Shown here: one piece after another, positions 26,614 through 36,255 of the stretch | Layout: every line of letters starts with the position of its first letter | Numbering within the stretch: position 1 is the first letter of the stretch | DNA from: Candidatus Dojkabacteria bacterium UBA2022 | GTDB taxonomy: Bacteria; Patescibacteriota; Dojkabacteria; SC72 | NCBI GenBank assembly: GCA_002335495.1 | Contig: DDBW01000014.1 | Location: 9,831 to 73,830 of the forward strand | Direction of reading: 5' to 3' | DNA length: 64,000 nt | The notes under the pieces: model-generated | The model's database searches: none | The model's input: only the letters and a program-made list of their open reading frames with translations | Told to the model about the DNA's origin: nothing | Made by a program: the position numbers and the translations under genes

Positions 26614-28030
26614 GAATACCTAAAGATTTTGTAAAAGCAGGGGAGTGCCTTCCTTCAATCAAAATGGAAGCACCCTTGAAGTTATCTTCTATATAACTAA
26701 GAAGCTCCTCCTCATTCTGTACATGATGAACGATCTCACCACCAAGGGTTTTAAATAAGGGATCGGTGGTAACCAAGGGAATGCCTAGTTCGGTAAGTTT
26801 TGCAATCACCTTTTGATAAGACTCTTCTCTCTCATCTCCCAGTTCAAAAATTCCCAGCGAAGAAACCAGCTTCTTACTACCCTCAAAAGTATCCAGCAGC
26901 TCAATGGCGCTCAAAAACCCCTCTACGTTTGAGTTATAACTGTCGTTTAGAACGGTGTATTTTGGAAGGGAATGGAGCGAAAGTTTACCCAATATAGGCT
27001 GAAGAGATGCCACACAATCACGAGCGTTCTCATAATCAACTCCCAACTTCCTTGCGATGACAATCGCAGGGATGAGATTTAACAAAGTATGCCTACCCAT
27101 TAAAAAGGTAGTATAATTCTCATCCATAGAATCTATCTTAAGGCTAAAGTCGGTTTTCCCATTAGTAACAGAGACCTGCTTAGGAATATAAGTAGCACTT
27201 AGATCCTCCAAACTGTATTTATGTATTGGAACCTTTGTATCAAGCCTTTCAATCAAACCTTTAGCTCCATCCCAGTCCAAGGATGCCAAGCCCATCTCAG
27301 AAGAGTGGGTAAGCATTTCAAGCTTAGTCTTCGCAATATTTTCTCTTGATCCAAAAAGCGAAAGATGTTGATTACCAACAGCAGTTACCACTCCAATAGC
27401 CGGCTTAAATCTTCTGCAAAGCTTACCAATATCTCCCTTACGGTACGCACCCATTTCTGCAACAAAGTACTGAGTATATGGCTTTACCTGAAGAGCAATC
27501 TCCATCGCAATCCCAACCTCCGTATTTCTATTACCCCGAGTCTTTCCTGTTATAAATTGAGTAGAAAGAATCTGATGCAGATACTCTTTAACAGAACTCT
27601 TCCCATAAGAGCCGGTAATACCAATAATTTTAACCTTAGAAGCGTTAAGCTGCCTTTGAGCAAGATATATGTATCGATATCTAAAAAGCCATGCAAGAGG
27701 AGAGGTGAGGAGAGCTCCAAGTATAGATGCTAACCTTACAAGTACTGGAAATAACAACAGGCTCCAATATGCTTCAAAGGAGAAAATTGAAAGGTATGCA
27801 TAGAGGCTCAAAAAGAGAATATTGAATCCAAAAATAAGTAAATTTCGGGGGCTCTTGGCCGGAAGGGCAAACCTTGGAAGAACCAAAGCCTTAAAAATTC
27901 CTTTACTTGTAACAAAGTCTCTATACCTATATAAAAGATACTCAGAAATCTGAAGATGCAAGATTGAAGGGAGGGTAAGTAGGGCAAAACCACCTCCGAT
28001 TATGATTGAGAAAATAATTTCTAATATCAC
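26600..28030 (-). CDS. murF: Mur ligase family protein, MurF-like (UDP-MurNAc-tripeptide--D-Ala-D-Ala ligase), with an unusual N-terminal multi-TM domain
   Basis: ATP site GITGSYGKSS. MurF-like VLNDSYNSNVEGFLSAIE. The first roughly 120 aa are hydrophobic TM segments rather than the usual Mur N-terminal domain. Confidence 0.65.
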   Translation of the reverse strand: MILEIIFSIIIGGGFALLTLPSILHLQISEYLLYRYRDFVTSKGIFKALVLPRFALPAKSPRNLLIFGFNILFLSLYAYLSIFSFEAYWSLLLFPVLVRLASILGALLTSPLAWLFRYRYIYLAQRQLNASKVKIIGITGSYGKSSVKEYLHQILSTQFITGKTRGNRNTEVGIAMEIALQVKPYTQYFVAEMGAYRKGDIGKLCRRFKPAIGVVTAVGNQHLSLFGSRENIAKTKLEMLTHSSEMGLASLDWDGAKGLIERLDTKVPIHKYSLEDLSATYIPKQVSVTNGKTDFSLKIDSMDENYTTFLMGRHTLLNLIPAIVIARKLGVDYENARDCVASLQPILGKLSLHSLPKYTVLNDSYNSNVEGFLSAIELLDTFEGSKKLVSSLGIFELGDEREESYQKVIAKLTELGIPLVTTDPLFKTLGGEIVHHVQNEEELLSYIEDNFKGASILIEGRHSPAFTKSLGILKAY

Positions 28031-28767
28031 TTTCTTTTCAAAAACAACTTAACATCCTCTGCAAAAACATCAGGGTAATATGCGGCAAGCTCATGTCCAT
28101 ATCCGCTATAAACCTTAAGAATAGATCGAGAAATACCTCGGTTTAGAATATATGCCTGGTATAAAGGAGTATCGATATCATCAACGCCCCAGATTATCAG
28201 AGTATCTGCAGTTATATTCTTAAGCTTATCGCTCTGATCACTACTTGTAACTTTTACAAAATTGCTCTGCAAGTGCTCAAGCTTAAGATATTCAGAAGCG
28301 GGATGAAACACTCTGTAATACAATCTTCTTAGACTCTTAAACCTCTTTAAAAACTTCTTTAGACTCCTCTCACTTACAGGAGGTACATCTTGATAACTCT
28401 TACCCTCTCTTCTATATGAGGGAGCACTTAACACTAATTTCTTAATTAGTTTAGTTGTGGAAGCAAGATAGACGCCCAAAGTCCCACCAAAGGAGTGCCC
28501 GATATAGTTTGTAGGTTGTTTAATTACAGCTTTAATAAAACACACCAAATGGCTGGCATACTCATCAGTTCCCCAGTCTGGATCAGGATTCTCACTATCG
28601 CCACGACCTGGCATATCAATAAGGTAGCATTTAAAATCACCAGCTAGATGCGCGGCAAGTTTTCTAAGGCTATTTCTGGTACCACTCCACCCATGCACCA
28701 AAAGCAAAGGTTCACCATTTCCTATAACCTCGTAACTAACCTTTTTTCCGTTTACTTCTACAACCAT
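28027..28767 (-). CDS. alpha/beta hydrolase fold protein
   Basis: LLLVHGWSG oxyanion region and GHSFGG nucleophile elbow. Confidence 0.7.
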   Translation of the reverse strand: MVVEVNGKKVSYEVIGNGEPLLLVHGWSGTRNSLRKLAAHLAGDFKCYLIDMPGRGDSENPDPDWGTDEYASHLVCFIKAVIKQPTNYIGHSFGGTLGVYLASTTKLIKKLVLSAPSYRREGKSYQDVPPVSERSLKKFLKRFKSLRRLYYRVFHPASEYLKLEHLQSNFVKVTSSDQSDKLKNITADTLIIWGVDDIDTPLYQAYILNRGISRSILKVYSGYGHELAAYYPDVFAEDVKLFLKRK

Positions 28768-28821
28768 GCTAAATTATATCAAAATAACGGTGGATGAATT
28801 ATATTTAATGTATAATTAAGC

Positions 28822-29679
28822 ATGGTTGAATATTCGCAAAACTTTCTACTCGATAGAAATTTGGTAAGAAAATTAATTAATAAGTCAGATATCTCAGAAG
28901 GAGATCTCGTACTGGATATAGGAGCAGGAGAGGGGATAATCACTAGAGAAATTTTGAGGAAAGTAGGGGAGAATGGGAAAGTAATTGCCGTTGAGATAGA
29001 TCGCGATGCAGTATCAATACTAGAAGACCTCTTTAGTGACTACCCTCAAGTTGATATCACTAAAGAAGATATAAAAAATTATCAACTCCCTCAAGAAAAG
29101 TTTAAAGTTTTCTCAAATATTCCCTTCAACTTAACGTCAGAGATAATGAACAAACTTCTGTTTACCCAGAACGGTTTTACAACGGGAAATATTGTAATGC
29201 AGAAGGAGGCTGCCTTTATGTACGGAGGAGATCAGATAAGAGAACCAAACACCCTTAAATCGATACAAGCAAACCCATTCTATGAATTTTCACTTGCATA
29301 CCACTTCCACCCAGCAGATTTCATTCCACAGCCGAGGGTGGATATAGTACTCTTGAATATAAGAAAAAGATTACATCCTCTAATTCCAGAGAATCAAAAA
29401 GTTGATTACTTAAATTTCACTTCATTCCTAGCTCAAGATAGATATTCAGAAGGAAGGTGGAGAAAGCTGTTCACCAAAAAACAACTAGATTTCATGCGAA
29501 AGAGCTACGGCCTAATGGATAAAGGGATTTCATCACAACAGACAACATCTTTAATAAAAGCCTTTAATAGCTTTGTAAGTTACACTCCGTTACCCCAGAA
29601 AGAGCTTGTAACGGATGCCTATATGCGTCATAAACAACAAGCATCAAAACTCCAAAAGCAGACCATAACCAGCGTTTAG
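28822..29679 (+). CDS. rRNA adenine N6-dimethyltransferase family protein, Erm-like (KsgA/Erm superfamily)
   Basis: Motifs SQNFLLD, VLDIGAGEG and FSNIPFNLTSEI. The C-terminal domain (KLFTKKQLDFMRKSYGL...AFNSFVSY) resembles the Erm C-terminal domain more than KsgA. Confidence 0.6.
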   Translation: MVEYSQNFLLDRNLVRKLINKSDISEGDLVLDIGAGEGIITREILRKVGENGKVIAVEIDRDAVSILEDLFSDYPQVDITKEDIKNYQLPQEKFKVFSNIPFNLTSEIMNKLLFTQNGFTTGNIVMQKEAAFMYGGDQIREPNTLKSIQANPFYEFSLAYHFHPADFIPQPRVDIVLLNIRKRLHPLIPENQKVDYLNFTSFLAQDRYSEGRWRKLFTKKQLDFMRKSYGLMDKGISSQQTTSLIKAFNSFVSYTPLPQKELVTDAYMRHKQQASKLQKQTITSV

Positions 29680-29791
29680 CATAACAGCTCAACCCCATAA
29701 CATTATTTTCCTAATATATTCCACCCTGTAGCATTATTCACTTGACCCTTATTTCCTCCGATGATAGATTAATGGTGAATAGTGGTGACGC

Positions 29792-30262
29792 GTGGTGAAA
29801 GATGATAGAATTAAAAATATGATTATAGGAGAGTACAAAAGTAAAGTAGGAGAGAAGAAAAGAATCGCTATTCCAAAGAAATTTAGAAATGAGATTGGAA
29901 ACAAACTCATTCTAACCAGAGGATACGAAAACTGTCTGGTCCTAGTTAGCGAAGACCAATGGAAAGGAATCGCATCCGAGGTGCTAAATGGCTCTTTTAT
30001 AAACAGGGATATCAGAGATACCAGCAGATTCTTAGTAGGTAGTGCAACAGAGGTAGAGCCAGATGCACAGGGAAGAATAGTTATACCCCAACCTTTATAT
30101 GAGCATGCTCATCTAGAAGACGAAGTCACTTTTTTGGGACTTGGTAACTGGATCGAGATATGGTCATCACAAGAGTGGGAGAAAAGACTTTCATACCTAC
30201 AAGAGAACGGAGATCAGATTGCCCAGGAAATAACAAAGTTAAACAGCAAAAATAATGGATAA
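29792..30262 (+). CDS. mraZ: transcriptional regulator MraZ
   Basis: Duplicated MraZ/SpoVT-AbrB-like halves. It sits directly upstream of rsmH. Confidence 0.75.
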   Translation: MVKDDRIKNMIIGEYKSKVGEKKRIAIPKKFRNEIGNKLILTRGYENCLVLVSEDQWKGIASEVLNGSFINRDIRDTSRFLVGSATEVEPDAQGRIVIPQPLYEHAHLEDEVTFLGLGNWIEIWSSQEWEKRLSYLQENGDQIAQEITKLNSKNNG

Positions 30263-31139
30263 AGGATATCACATACCGGTACTTTTGAATGAATGTATTG
30301 AGAGCTTAAACCTAAAGCCAGAGGGGAAGTACATAGATTGTACCCTTGGGGAAGCAGGACACAGCAGCAAGATATACTCAAAATTAAGTAAGGAAGGCAT
30401 CCTTTTAAGTATTGATCAGGACATAAGTGCAATTAACTTTGTAAAAGAGAAGTTCGCAAAAGAGCTCTCAGAAGGCAATTGGATAATCAAGAAAGGTAAT
30501 TTTGAGAAGATAACTCAACTTACAAACGAAGCTGGTATTAAAAGTGTAGATGGAATTCTAATGGACCTTGGTCTCTCATCAAGACAACTTGAAGAGAAAG
30601 GCAGAGGCTTCAGTTATAAAAATGCTGAAGAATCCTTAGACATGAGAATGGATAATGAGATGGGAGTAACCGCATTGGATCTTGTAAAAGTTCTAAATGC
30701 AACCGAGCTTGAAAAATTATTCAGAATCTATGGAGAGGAAAGATTCGCCAAAAGAATAGCCATCGAAATTAAACGAAACGATATCCAAACAGTTGGAGAT
30801 CTCACAAGCCTTATCTACAGAGTTGTGCCGGCAACTTCCCGTAGGGAGGACAGTCATCATCCTGCACGCAGGGTCTTTCAGGCCCTGCGCATAGCAGTGA
30901 ATGACGAAATCAATGTCCTTAAACGAGGATTAGATAGCGCTTATGAGCTCTTAAACAAAGGGGGAAGACTTGTAATTATAACCTTCCACTCCTTAGAAGA
31001 TAGGGAAGTTAAAAGATTCTTTGACGATAAATCTGAAAAGAATAACTCCAAAATCTTTGAAGTGATACTGCCCAGTACTTCAGAGGTTGAGGAGAACAAT
31101 AGATCCCGAAGCGCAAAGTTAAGAGTATTAGAAAAATAA
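30255..31139 (+). CDS. rsmH: 16S rRNA (cytosine1402-N4)-methyltransferase RsmH (MraW)
   Basis: N-terminal HIPVLLNE, GEAGHS and SLEDR motifs. Context mraZ-rsmH-ftsL-ftsI. Confidence 0.85.
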   Translation: MDKGYHIPVLLNECIESLNLKPEGKYIDCTLGEAGHSSKIYSKLSKEGILLSIDQDISAINFVKEKFAKELSEGNWIIKKGNFEKITQLTNEAGIKSVDGILMDLGLSSRQLEEKGRGFSYKNAEESLDMRMDNEMGVTALDLVKVLNATELEKLFRIYGEERFAKRIAIEIKRNDIQTVGDLTSLIYRVVPATSRREDSHHPARRVFQALRIAVNDEINVLKRGLDSAYELLNKGGRLVIITFHSLEDREVKRFFDDKSEKNNSKIFEVILPSTSEVEENNRSRSAKLRVLEK

Positions 31140-31157
31140 AATAATGACACTGCCCGA

Positions 31158-31502
31158 ATGTCAGAAGCCACAAAAAGAAAACTTAGACAATCAATGCAAG
31201 GAAGTTCTGAGACAACTACCTCATCAATAATTATCAGACTCTTCCTCCTAACTCTATTTGTATTCTTAGGAGTTCAGATTGCAATCAATGCCATTTTAAG
31301 CCCTATGGGAATCCAGCTTGAGGCATACAATGTCGAAAAGACCAGACTTCTCGAAGAGAACAGAGCTCTCGAACAAACCCTTGCTAATATGGGATCTATA
31401 AAAGCCCTAAACCATCTTTCTGAAAAGAAGTTGTCGCTCAAGCAAGCCCAAACCAAGCAGATTGTTTACATAACAGATACGACTCTACGTGCTGAGAGAT
31501 GA
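31158..31502 (+). CDS. ftsL: FtsL-like cell division protein (single TM plus coiled coil)
   Basis: 114 aa with one TM helix followed by a coiled-coil segment. Its position between rsmH and ftsI supports the call. Confidence 0.5.
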   Translation: MSEATKRKLRQSMQGSSETTTSSIIIRLFLLTLFVFLGVQIAINAILSPMGIQLEAYNVEKTRLLEENRALEQTLANMGSIKALNHLSEKKLSLKQAQTKQIVYITDTTLRAER

Positions 31503-33289
31503 GAACATACTCTGCAAGATCAATAATTGGAAGTAATACTTCTAAACGGAAAGTTATCCAACCACAAATCATCATAGCCGCACTAATGACTATCCTTGGA
31601 GTTGGAATCCTTGCACAAGGCTTTAGATGGCAAATTCTTGAAGCAGACAGATTCAAAACCCTTGCCAGGTCTCAGTACATGGAAAACCAAAGACAGCCAA
31701 CCAGCCGTGGGATTATCTACGCAGCAGACTCAACTGTACTCGCAGTGGACCAGCCAGTTTGGGGGGTATACGCAAGCTTAAGCAACGACGGCAGAGAAAG
31801 AGATCTGTTTTTTAAACATAAAGACAAATATGTATCTACTATATCTGGCATACTAAATGTATCCACAGAAGACCTTTCAGAGAAAATAACAGAGAAATTT
31901 ATGTTCTTCAAAATTCTTAGCGGAGTATCAGCAGATAAAAAAGCTGCTCTTGAGCAGGCAAACATCTTCGGCGAAGGCACCGAGGGATTTGGATTATATT
32001 TCGAACGAGAAGAGAAAAGAATATACCCAAATATGAATCTTGCGTCACATCTTCTGGGATTCATAGGTAAAAATTCTGACGGAGAAGATGTTGGTCAGTA
32101 CGGTCTAGAAGGCTTCTACTTCGGAGACATTACAGGACAGGAGGGTTACACCTACGAAGAGAAAGACTCACAAGGGAATGTAATATTAACGGCAGAGTAT
32201 GAACCTATCCTTCCAAGACAAGGAAAAAGTTTCAAAATGACAATAGTTCCTTCAATTCAACAGAAAGTAGAAAAGATCCTTAAAGAAGGGGTCGCAAAAA
32301 ATCAAGCTAAAAGCGGAAGCGCAATTATTATGGATCCAAACACCGGAGCAATTATTGCCATGGCCAACTACCCAGACTACAACCCCAACGAATACTGGAA
32401 AGTAACTGACCCGTGGATATTCAAAAACAAAGCTATTTCAGACGTATATGAGTATGGCTCGGTACATAAGCCCCTAACCGTGGCCATCGGATTGGAATCA
32501 GGCAAAGTTAAAGACGACTACATATGCAACGATGCAACAGGAAGCTTTAAACTGTACGATAAAACAATATACACATGGAATAAGCAGGCAAACGGAAAAC
32601 TCAGTCTCGGAGGAATGTTAGAGAAATCAAACAACCCATGTATCGCACAGGTAGCTCTGGAAACAGGACACGAATACTACTATCCAAAGCTTAAGGAGTT
32701 CGGAATAGGATCCGTAATTGGAGTTGGACTCCAAGACGAAGCCACCGGATCACTAATGCCGTATGAAATGTGGACGAAGCTTGATCTAGCGGTTGCCTCA
32801 TTCGGACAATCAATTGCAGCAACCCCCCTACAAGTACTATCAGCAGTAAGTGCCATTGCAAATGAAGGAAATAGAATGCGACCATACATTATCTCAGAAG
32901 TTCAAGAGGCAGATGATACTATTAAATATAAACCACAGGTCGCATCAACTCCGATATCAGAAGAAACGGCTAAGAAAGTAGCGAAGATGATGGAGGGAGT
33001 TGTGAGAGTAGGAGAGTCACGCTTCTTTTTCAACCGCGATGTACCACAGTACAGTATAGGAGGAAAAACAGGTACGGCCCAGATACCAAGAAAAGATAAG
33101 GCAGGATACTACGATGATAGAACTAACACGACCTTTGTAGGTTTCTCTCCAGTAGAAAACGCACAAATGATAATGTTAGTAAGACTTGAGGAACCTAAGT
33201 TGAACACCTTCTCAGCTTCTACCGCAGTACCTGTGTGGATAGACATATTCAGAGCCGTAGCTGATGACCTGGAAATCCCTAAGAAATAA
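31499..33289 (+). CDS. ftsI: penicillin-binding protein 2/3 class transpeptidase (FtsI-like)
   Basis: N-terminal TM and dimerisation domain. Transpeptidase KTGTAQ motif near the C-terminus. Confidence 0.8.
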   Translation: MRTYSARSIIGSNTSKRKVIQPQIIIAALMTILGVGILAQGFRWQILEADRFKTLARSQYMENQRQPTSRGIIYAADSTVLAVDQPVWGVYASLSNDGRERDLFFKHKDKYVSTISGILNVSTEDLSEKITEKFMFFKILSGVSADKKAALEQANIFGEGTEGFGLYFEREEKRIYPNMNLASHLLGFIGKNSDGEDVGQYGLEGFYFGDITGQEGYTYEEKDSQGNVILTAEYEPILPRQGKSFKMTIVPSIQQKVEKILKEGVAKNQAKSGSAIIMDPNTGAIIAMANYPDYNPNEYWKVTDPWIFKNKAISDVYEYGSVHKPLTVAIGLESGKVKDDYICNDATGSFKLYDKTIYTWNKQANGKLSLGGMLEKSNNPCIAQVALETGHEYYYPKLKEFGIGSVIGVGLQDEATGSLMPYEMWTKLDLAVASFGQSIAATPLQVLSAVSAIANEGNRMRPYIISEVQEADDTIKYKPQVASTPISEETAKKVAKMMEGVVRVGESRFFFNRDVPQYSIGGKTGTAQIPRKDKAGYYDDRTNTTFVGFSPVENAQMIMLVRLEEPKLNTFSASTAVPVWIDIFRAVADDLEIPKK

Positions 33290-33290
33290 A

Positions 33291-34043
33291 CTACTTACAA
33301 ACTTTATCCGTTGAGCATCTAGAGACCCCCTCTACGCAACGGCATAGATTACACTTATCCGTACTAATGTAGTTATCTCCATCATTATATACTTTACTAT
33401 TGTACAAACAGATATCAGCAGCAGATTTATCACCATCTTCAGTCTGATATACAAGCTTAAAATCTTCAGCAGTAGATATGTCAAACTTAGATATTTTATA
33501 TGTTAAAGTCACAGTACAAGGCTGAGTGTAAAGACTCTCAATTGTGTTAACCACATTCAAAAGCGTAAGCACTCCATTTTGAAAGTTATAAAGACCGATT
33601 TGGGCAGGAACTTTCCCACCCTCAGTACACAACTGAGACTGTTGCAATTGAACATCAATCTTTTTATCCCCCGTCACTACAGACGCAAAAGAAGTCCCCA
33701 ATGGCTTACCCAAAAGTTCCGCGGAAACTCCAGACGCAAAGTATTTAGCCTCAAACGTAAGGTTAGATCTTACGAAATCGTTGATAGTTAATTCATCTCT
33801 AATATCCTCTCCCTTATTTTCATTACAAATCACTTTCCCCTTTGTACAGTAACAGGTTTGAGAGTCATTCTCGGAAACAACAGCTCCAGATTCATAAAAG
33901 CGAAAATCCTTAAAACATGAACCAGGAGCAAGCGCTCCTTTTGAAGCAGAAATTATTGTAAATAAACCAAGCACAGTAAACGCGATTGACAGTAGAATGA
34001 GCGAAACCCGCTGGCCTCCATTTTCCATACCCAAGTTTACCAT
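33291..34043 (-). CDS. secreted cysteine-rich hypothetical protein
   Basis: Signal peptide and multiple Cys pairs. No recognisable catalytic motif. Confidence 0.4.
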   Translation of the reverse strand: MVNLGMENGGQRVSLILLSIAFTVLGLFTIISASKGALAPGSCFKDFRFYESGAVVSENDSQTCYCTKGKVICNENKGEDIRDELTINDFVRSNLTFEAKYFASGVSAELLGKPLGTSFASVVTGDKKIDVQLQQSQLCTEGGKVPAQIGLYNFQNGVLTLLNVVNTIESLYTQPCTVTLTYKISKFDISTAEDFKLVYQTEDGDKSAADICLYNSKVYNDGDNYISTDKCNLCRCVEGVSRCSTDKVCK

Positions 34044-34069
34044 CCTTTAGAGTATGCTACAATTGACGC

Positions 34070-34951
34070 ATGACAGACTCACATGCACACCTATGCTTTC
34101 CAGAAGGAAAAGCGAACTTAACACAAATTATAGATGAATTCGAGCAGGGAGGAGGAGAGTACATTCTCAATGTTGGACACTCACCAGAAACCAACCTTGA
34201 GACATTGAATATTCATAACAGCCTGAAAAATAACAAGGTGAAAGTTTTGAGCGCACTAGGCATACATCCGGAATACGTTAAAGAGACAATATCGATTGAT
34301 ATAGACAGGTATAAGCAGATGCGTAAAACCGTTGATGCATATAGAGAGCTCGTAGAGAAAAATGCGAATGAAATTGCAGCCATTGGAGAGTGCGGCCTAG
34401 ACTACTACCATATTAAAAACGACCCCAGCATATCAGAAGAGGAGCTAGAAGAGATAAAAGAGCTTCAAAAAAACCTCTTCAAAGAGCATGTCGAGATCGC
34501 CCTAAAACACCAAAAACCTCTAACCATCCACGTACGAGATCTTCCTGGTGAGAACGATTGTATTGAGGATGCATTAAAAATTGTTTCGCAAATCGGAGAA
34601 GGGAAGGTACGAGGAAGCTTTCACAGCTATACCCAAGCTCCTTCATACATAACAGAAATCATAGGATTAGGATTCTACATTGGAGTAAACGGAATTGTTA
34701 CATACCCCAAAGCTGAAAATGTTAGGGAGATTGTAAAGTTAGTCCCCACAAACAGAATTCTGCTGGAAACAGATACCCCTTTGCTTCCCCCGCAACGAAT
34801 TAGAAGTAACAAGAAGTATTGGAGAAACTACGGTGCGCCATATGACATTAAAGAGATTGCCGAAACGGTGGCAAAAGTGAAGGAGGGCTCAGTAGAAGAG
34901 ATTATCAAAACAACTACAGAGAACTTTAAGCGACTATTCCTTGTCGACTAA
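34070..34951 (+). CDS. TatD family metal-dependent hydrolase (DNase)
   Basis: N-terminal DSHAHL. TIM-barrel hydrolase pattern with HxH and conserved Glu/His/Asp positions. Confidence 0.75.
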   Translation: MTDSHAHLCFPEGKANLTQIIDEFEQGGGEYILNVGHSPETNLETLNIHNSLKNNKVKVLSALGIHPEYVKETISIDIDRYKQMRKTVDAYRELVEKNANEIAAIGECGLDYYHIKNDPSISEEELEEIKELQKNLFKEHVEIALKHQKPLTIHVRDLPGENDCIEDALKIVSQIGEGKVRGSFHSYTQAPSYITEIIGLGFYIGVNGIVTYPKAENVREIVKLVPTNRILLETDTPLLPPQRIRSNKKYWRNYGAPYDIKEIAETVAKVKEGSVEEIIKTTTENFKRLFLVD

Positions 34952-35629
34952 AACAACAAATTCACCCTTCTGTTTAATCTTCCCGTCATTAACAAGCTCA
35001 AGAAGCTTCTCAGGGTAATCGGTATCAAAGGCCTCATGCATTTTTGTAATATCATTAGCCAAAGTAACTCTCCTAGAAGGAAGGGTATCAATAATTTCCT
35101 GCAATAGTTTGCCAATTCGCTGTGGAGACTCATACATAACAAGTGTACTGTTTAGACTCCCATACTCTTTCAAGAGATCTTTTCTATGCGCATCAGATTT
35201 AGGTAGAAAGCCTAGAAAAATGAACTTATCTGTTGCCACTCCACTTGCACTTAAAGCCGATACAACTGCACTTGGACCTGGAATAGGGGAGACCTTATAT
35301 CCCCTTGAAACAAGTTCCCTTACAAGCTTAAATCCTGGATCGGATATAACTGGAGTTCCGGAATCTGAAACAAGGGCGAGATTTAAACCTAAATCGAGCT
35401 TTTCCATAACCTTACCAATCATCCTATCGTGATTCTGATCTCGATAAGATACAAGCTGGGCTGAGATATTATAGTGATTGAGCAACTTTGAAGTTTGTCG
35501 CGTATCCTCAGCTAAAACGAAGGCGACTTCTTTCAGGATTCGCACAGCCCTAAATGTCATATCCTCAAGATTTCCAATAGGAGTTGCCACAATATATAAA
35601 ATGCCTTTCCCCTCAGATTTTGTTTCCAT
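34934..35629 (-). CDS. rsmI: 16S rRNA (cytidine1402-2'-O)-methyltransferase RsmI
   Basis: N-terminal LYIVATPIGNLEDMTFRAV tetrapyrrole-methylase-like fold signature. Confidence 0.8.
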   Translation of the reverse strand: METKSEGKGILYIVATPIGNLEDMTFRAVRILKEVAFVLAEDTRQTSKLLNHYNISAQLVSYRDQNHDRMIGKVMEKLDLGLNLALVSDSGTPVISDPGFKLVRELVSRGYKVSPIPGPSAVVSALSASGVATDKFIFLGFLPKSDAHRKDLLKEYGSLNSTLVMYESPQRIGKLLQEIIDTLPSRRVTLANDITKMHEAFDTDYPEKLLELVNDGKIKQKGEFVVLVDKE

Positions 35630-35690
35630 AGTTGATTATACTAAAAATATCCCTATCCTTTAACCAAATTTATTTATATAATGAAGTACT

Positions 35691-36224
35691 ATGCAAAATG
35701 GTTTAATACTATCAATCTTTTTCCTTCTAATCCTCGTATTTCTAGGAATTGTACTCACATCTATGACCTCAGTACTTTTTGTAGCCGTAATATTTACCCC
35801 AAAAGAGGTAGTAAAGGAGATTGTAAAAATAATGAATGCAAAAGCCGATGATAAAGTTGTAGATCTTGGATCAGGGGACGGCCGAGTGCTTATAGAAATG
35901 GTGAAAGGAGTAAAAGTTAAAGCCTTTGGTTATGACATATCTCCCATAATGGTGCTGTATTCCAAGTTAAATAGATTTCTAGCCCTAGGATTTAAATCTC
36001 CAATTACCTTCGATGTTGTAAGTCTATTTGATTTGAAATATAACGAATACGACATTATATACTGCAACCTGAATGCAAAAATAATGAGCAGACTTTCCTC
36101 CAAATTTACTAAACAATTATCAGGAACAAAAGTATTCTCATACATCTATCCAATAGAAGGAAAGAAACCATATAAAAAACACATACTTAGCAATAAACAG
36201 GCTCTTTTCGAGTATAGGTATTGA
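35691..36224 (+). CDS. small class I SAM-dependent methyltransferase with an N-terminal TM helix
   Basis: Motif I VVDLGSGDGRVLIEM. Confidence 0.55.
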   Translation: MQNGLILSIFFLLILVFLGIVLTSMTSVLFVAVIFTPKEVVKEIVKIMNAKADDKVVDLGSGDGRVLIEMVKGVKVKAFGYDISPIMVLYSKLNRFLALGFKSPITFDVVSLFDLKYNEYDIIYCNLNAKIMSRLSSKFTKQLSGTKVFSYIYPIEGKKPYKKHILSNKQALFEYRY

Positions 36225-36255
36225 CGGATATATATACTAGGTATACCATCAACTC

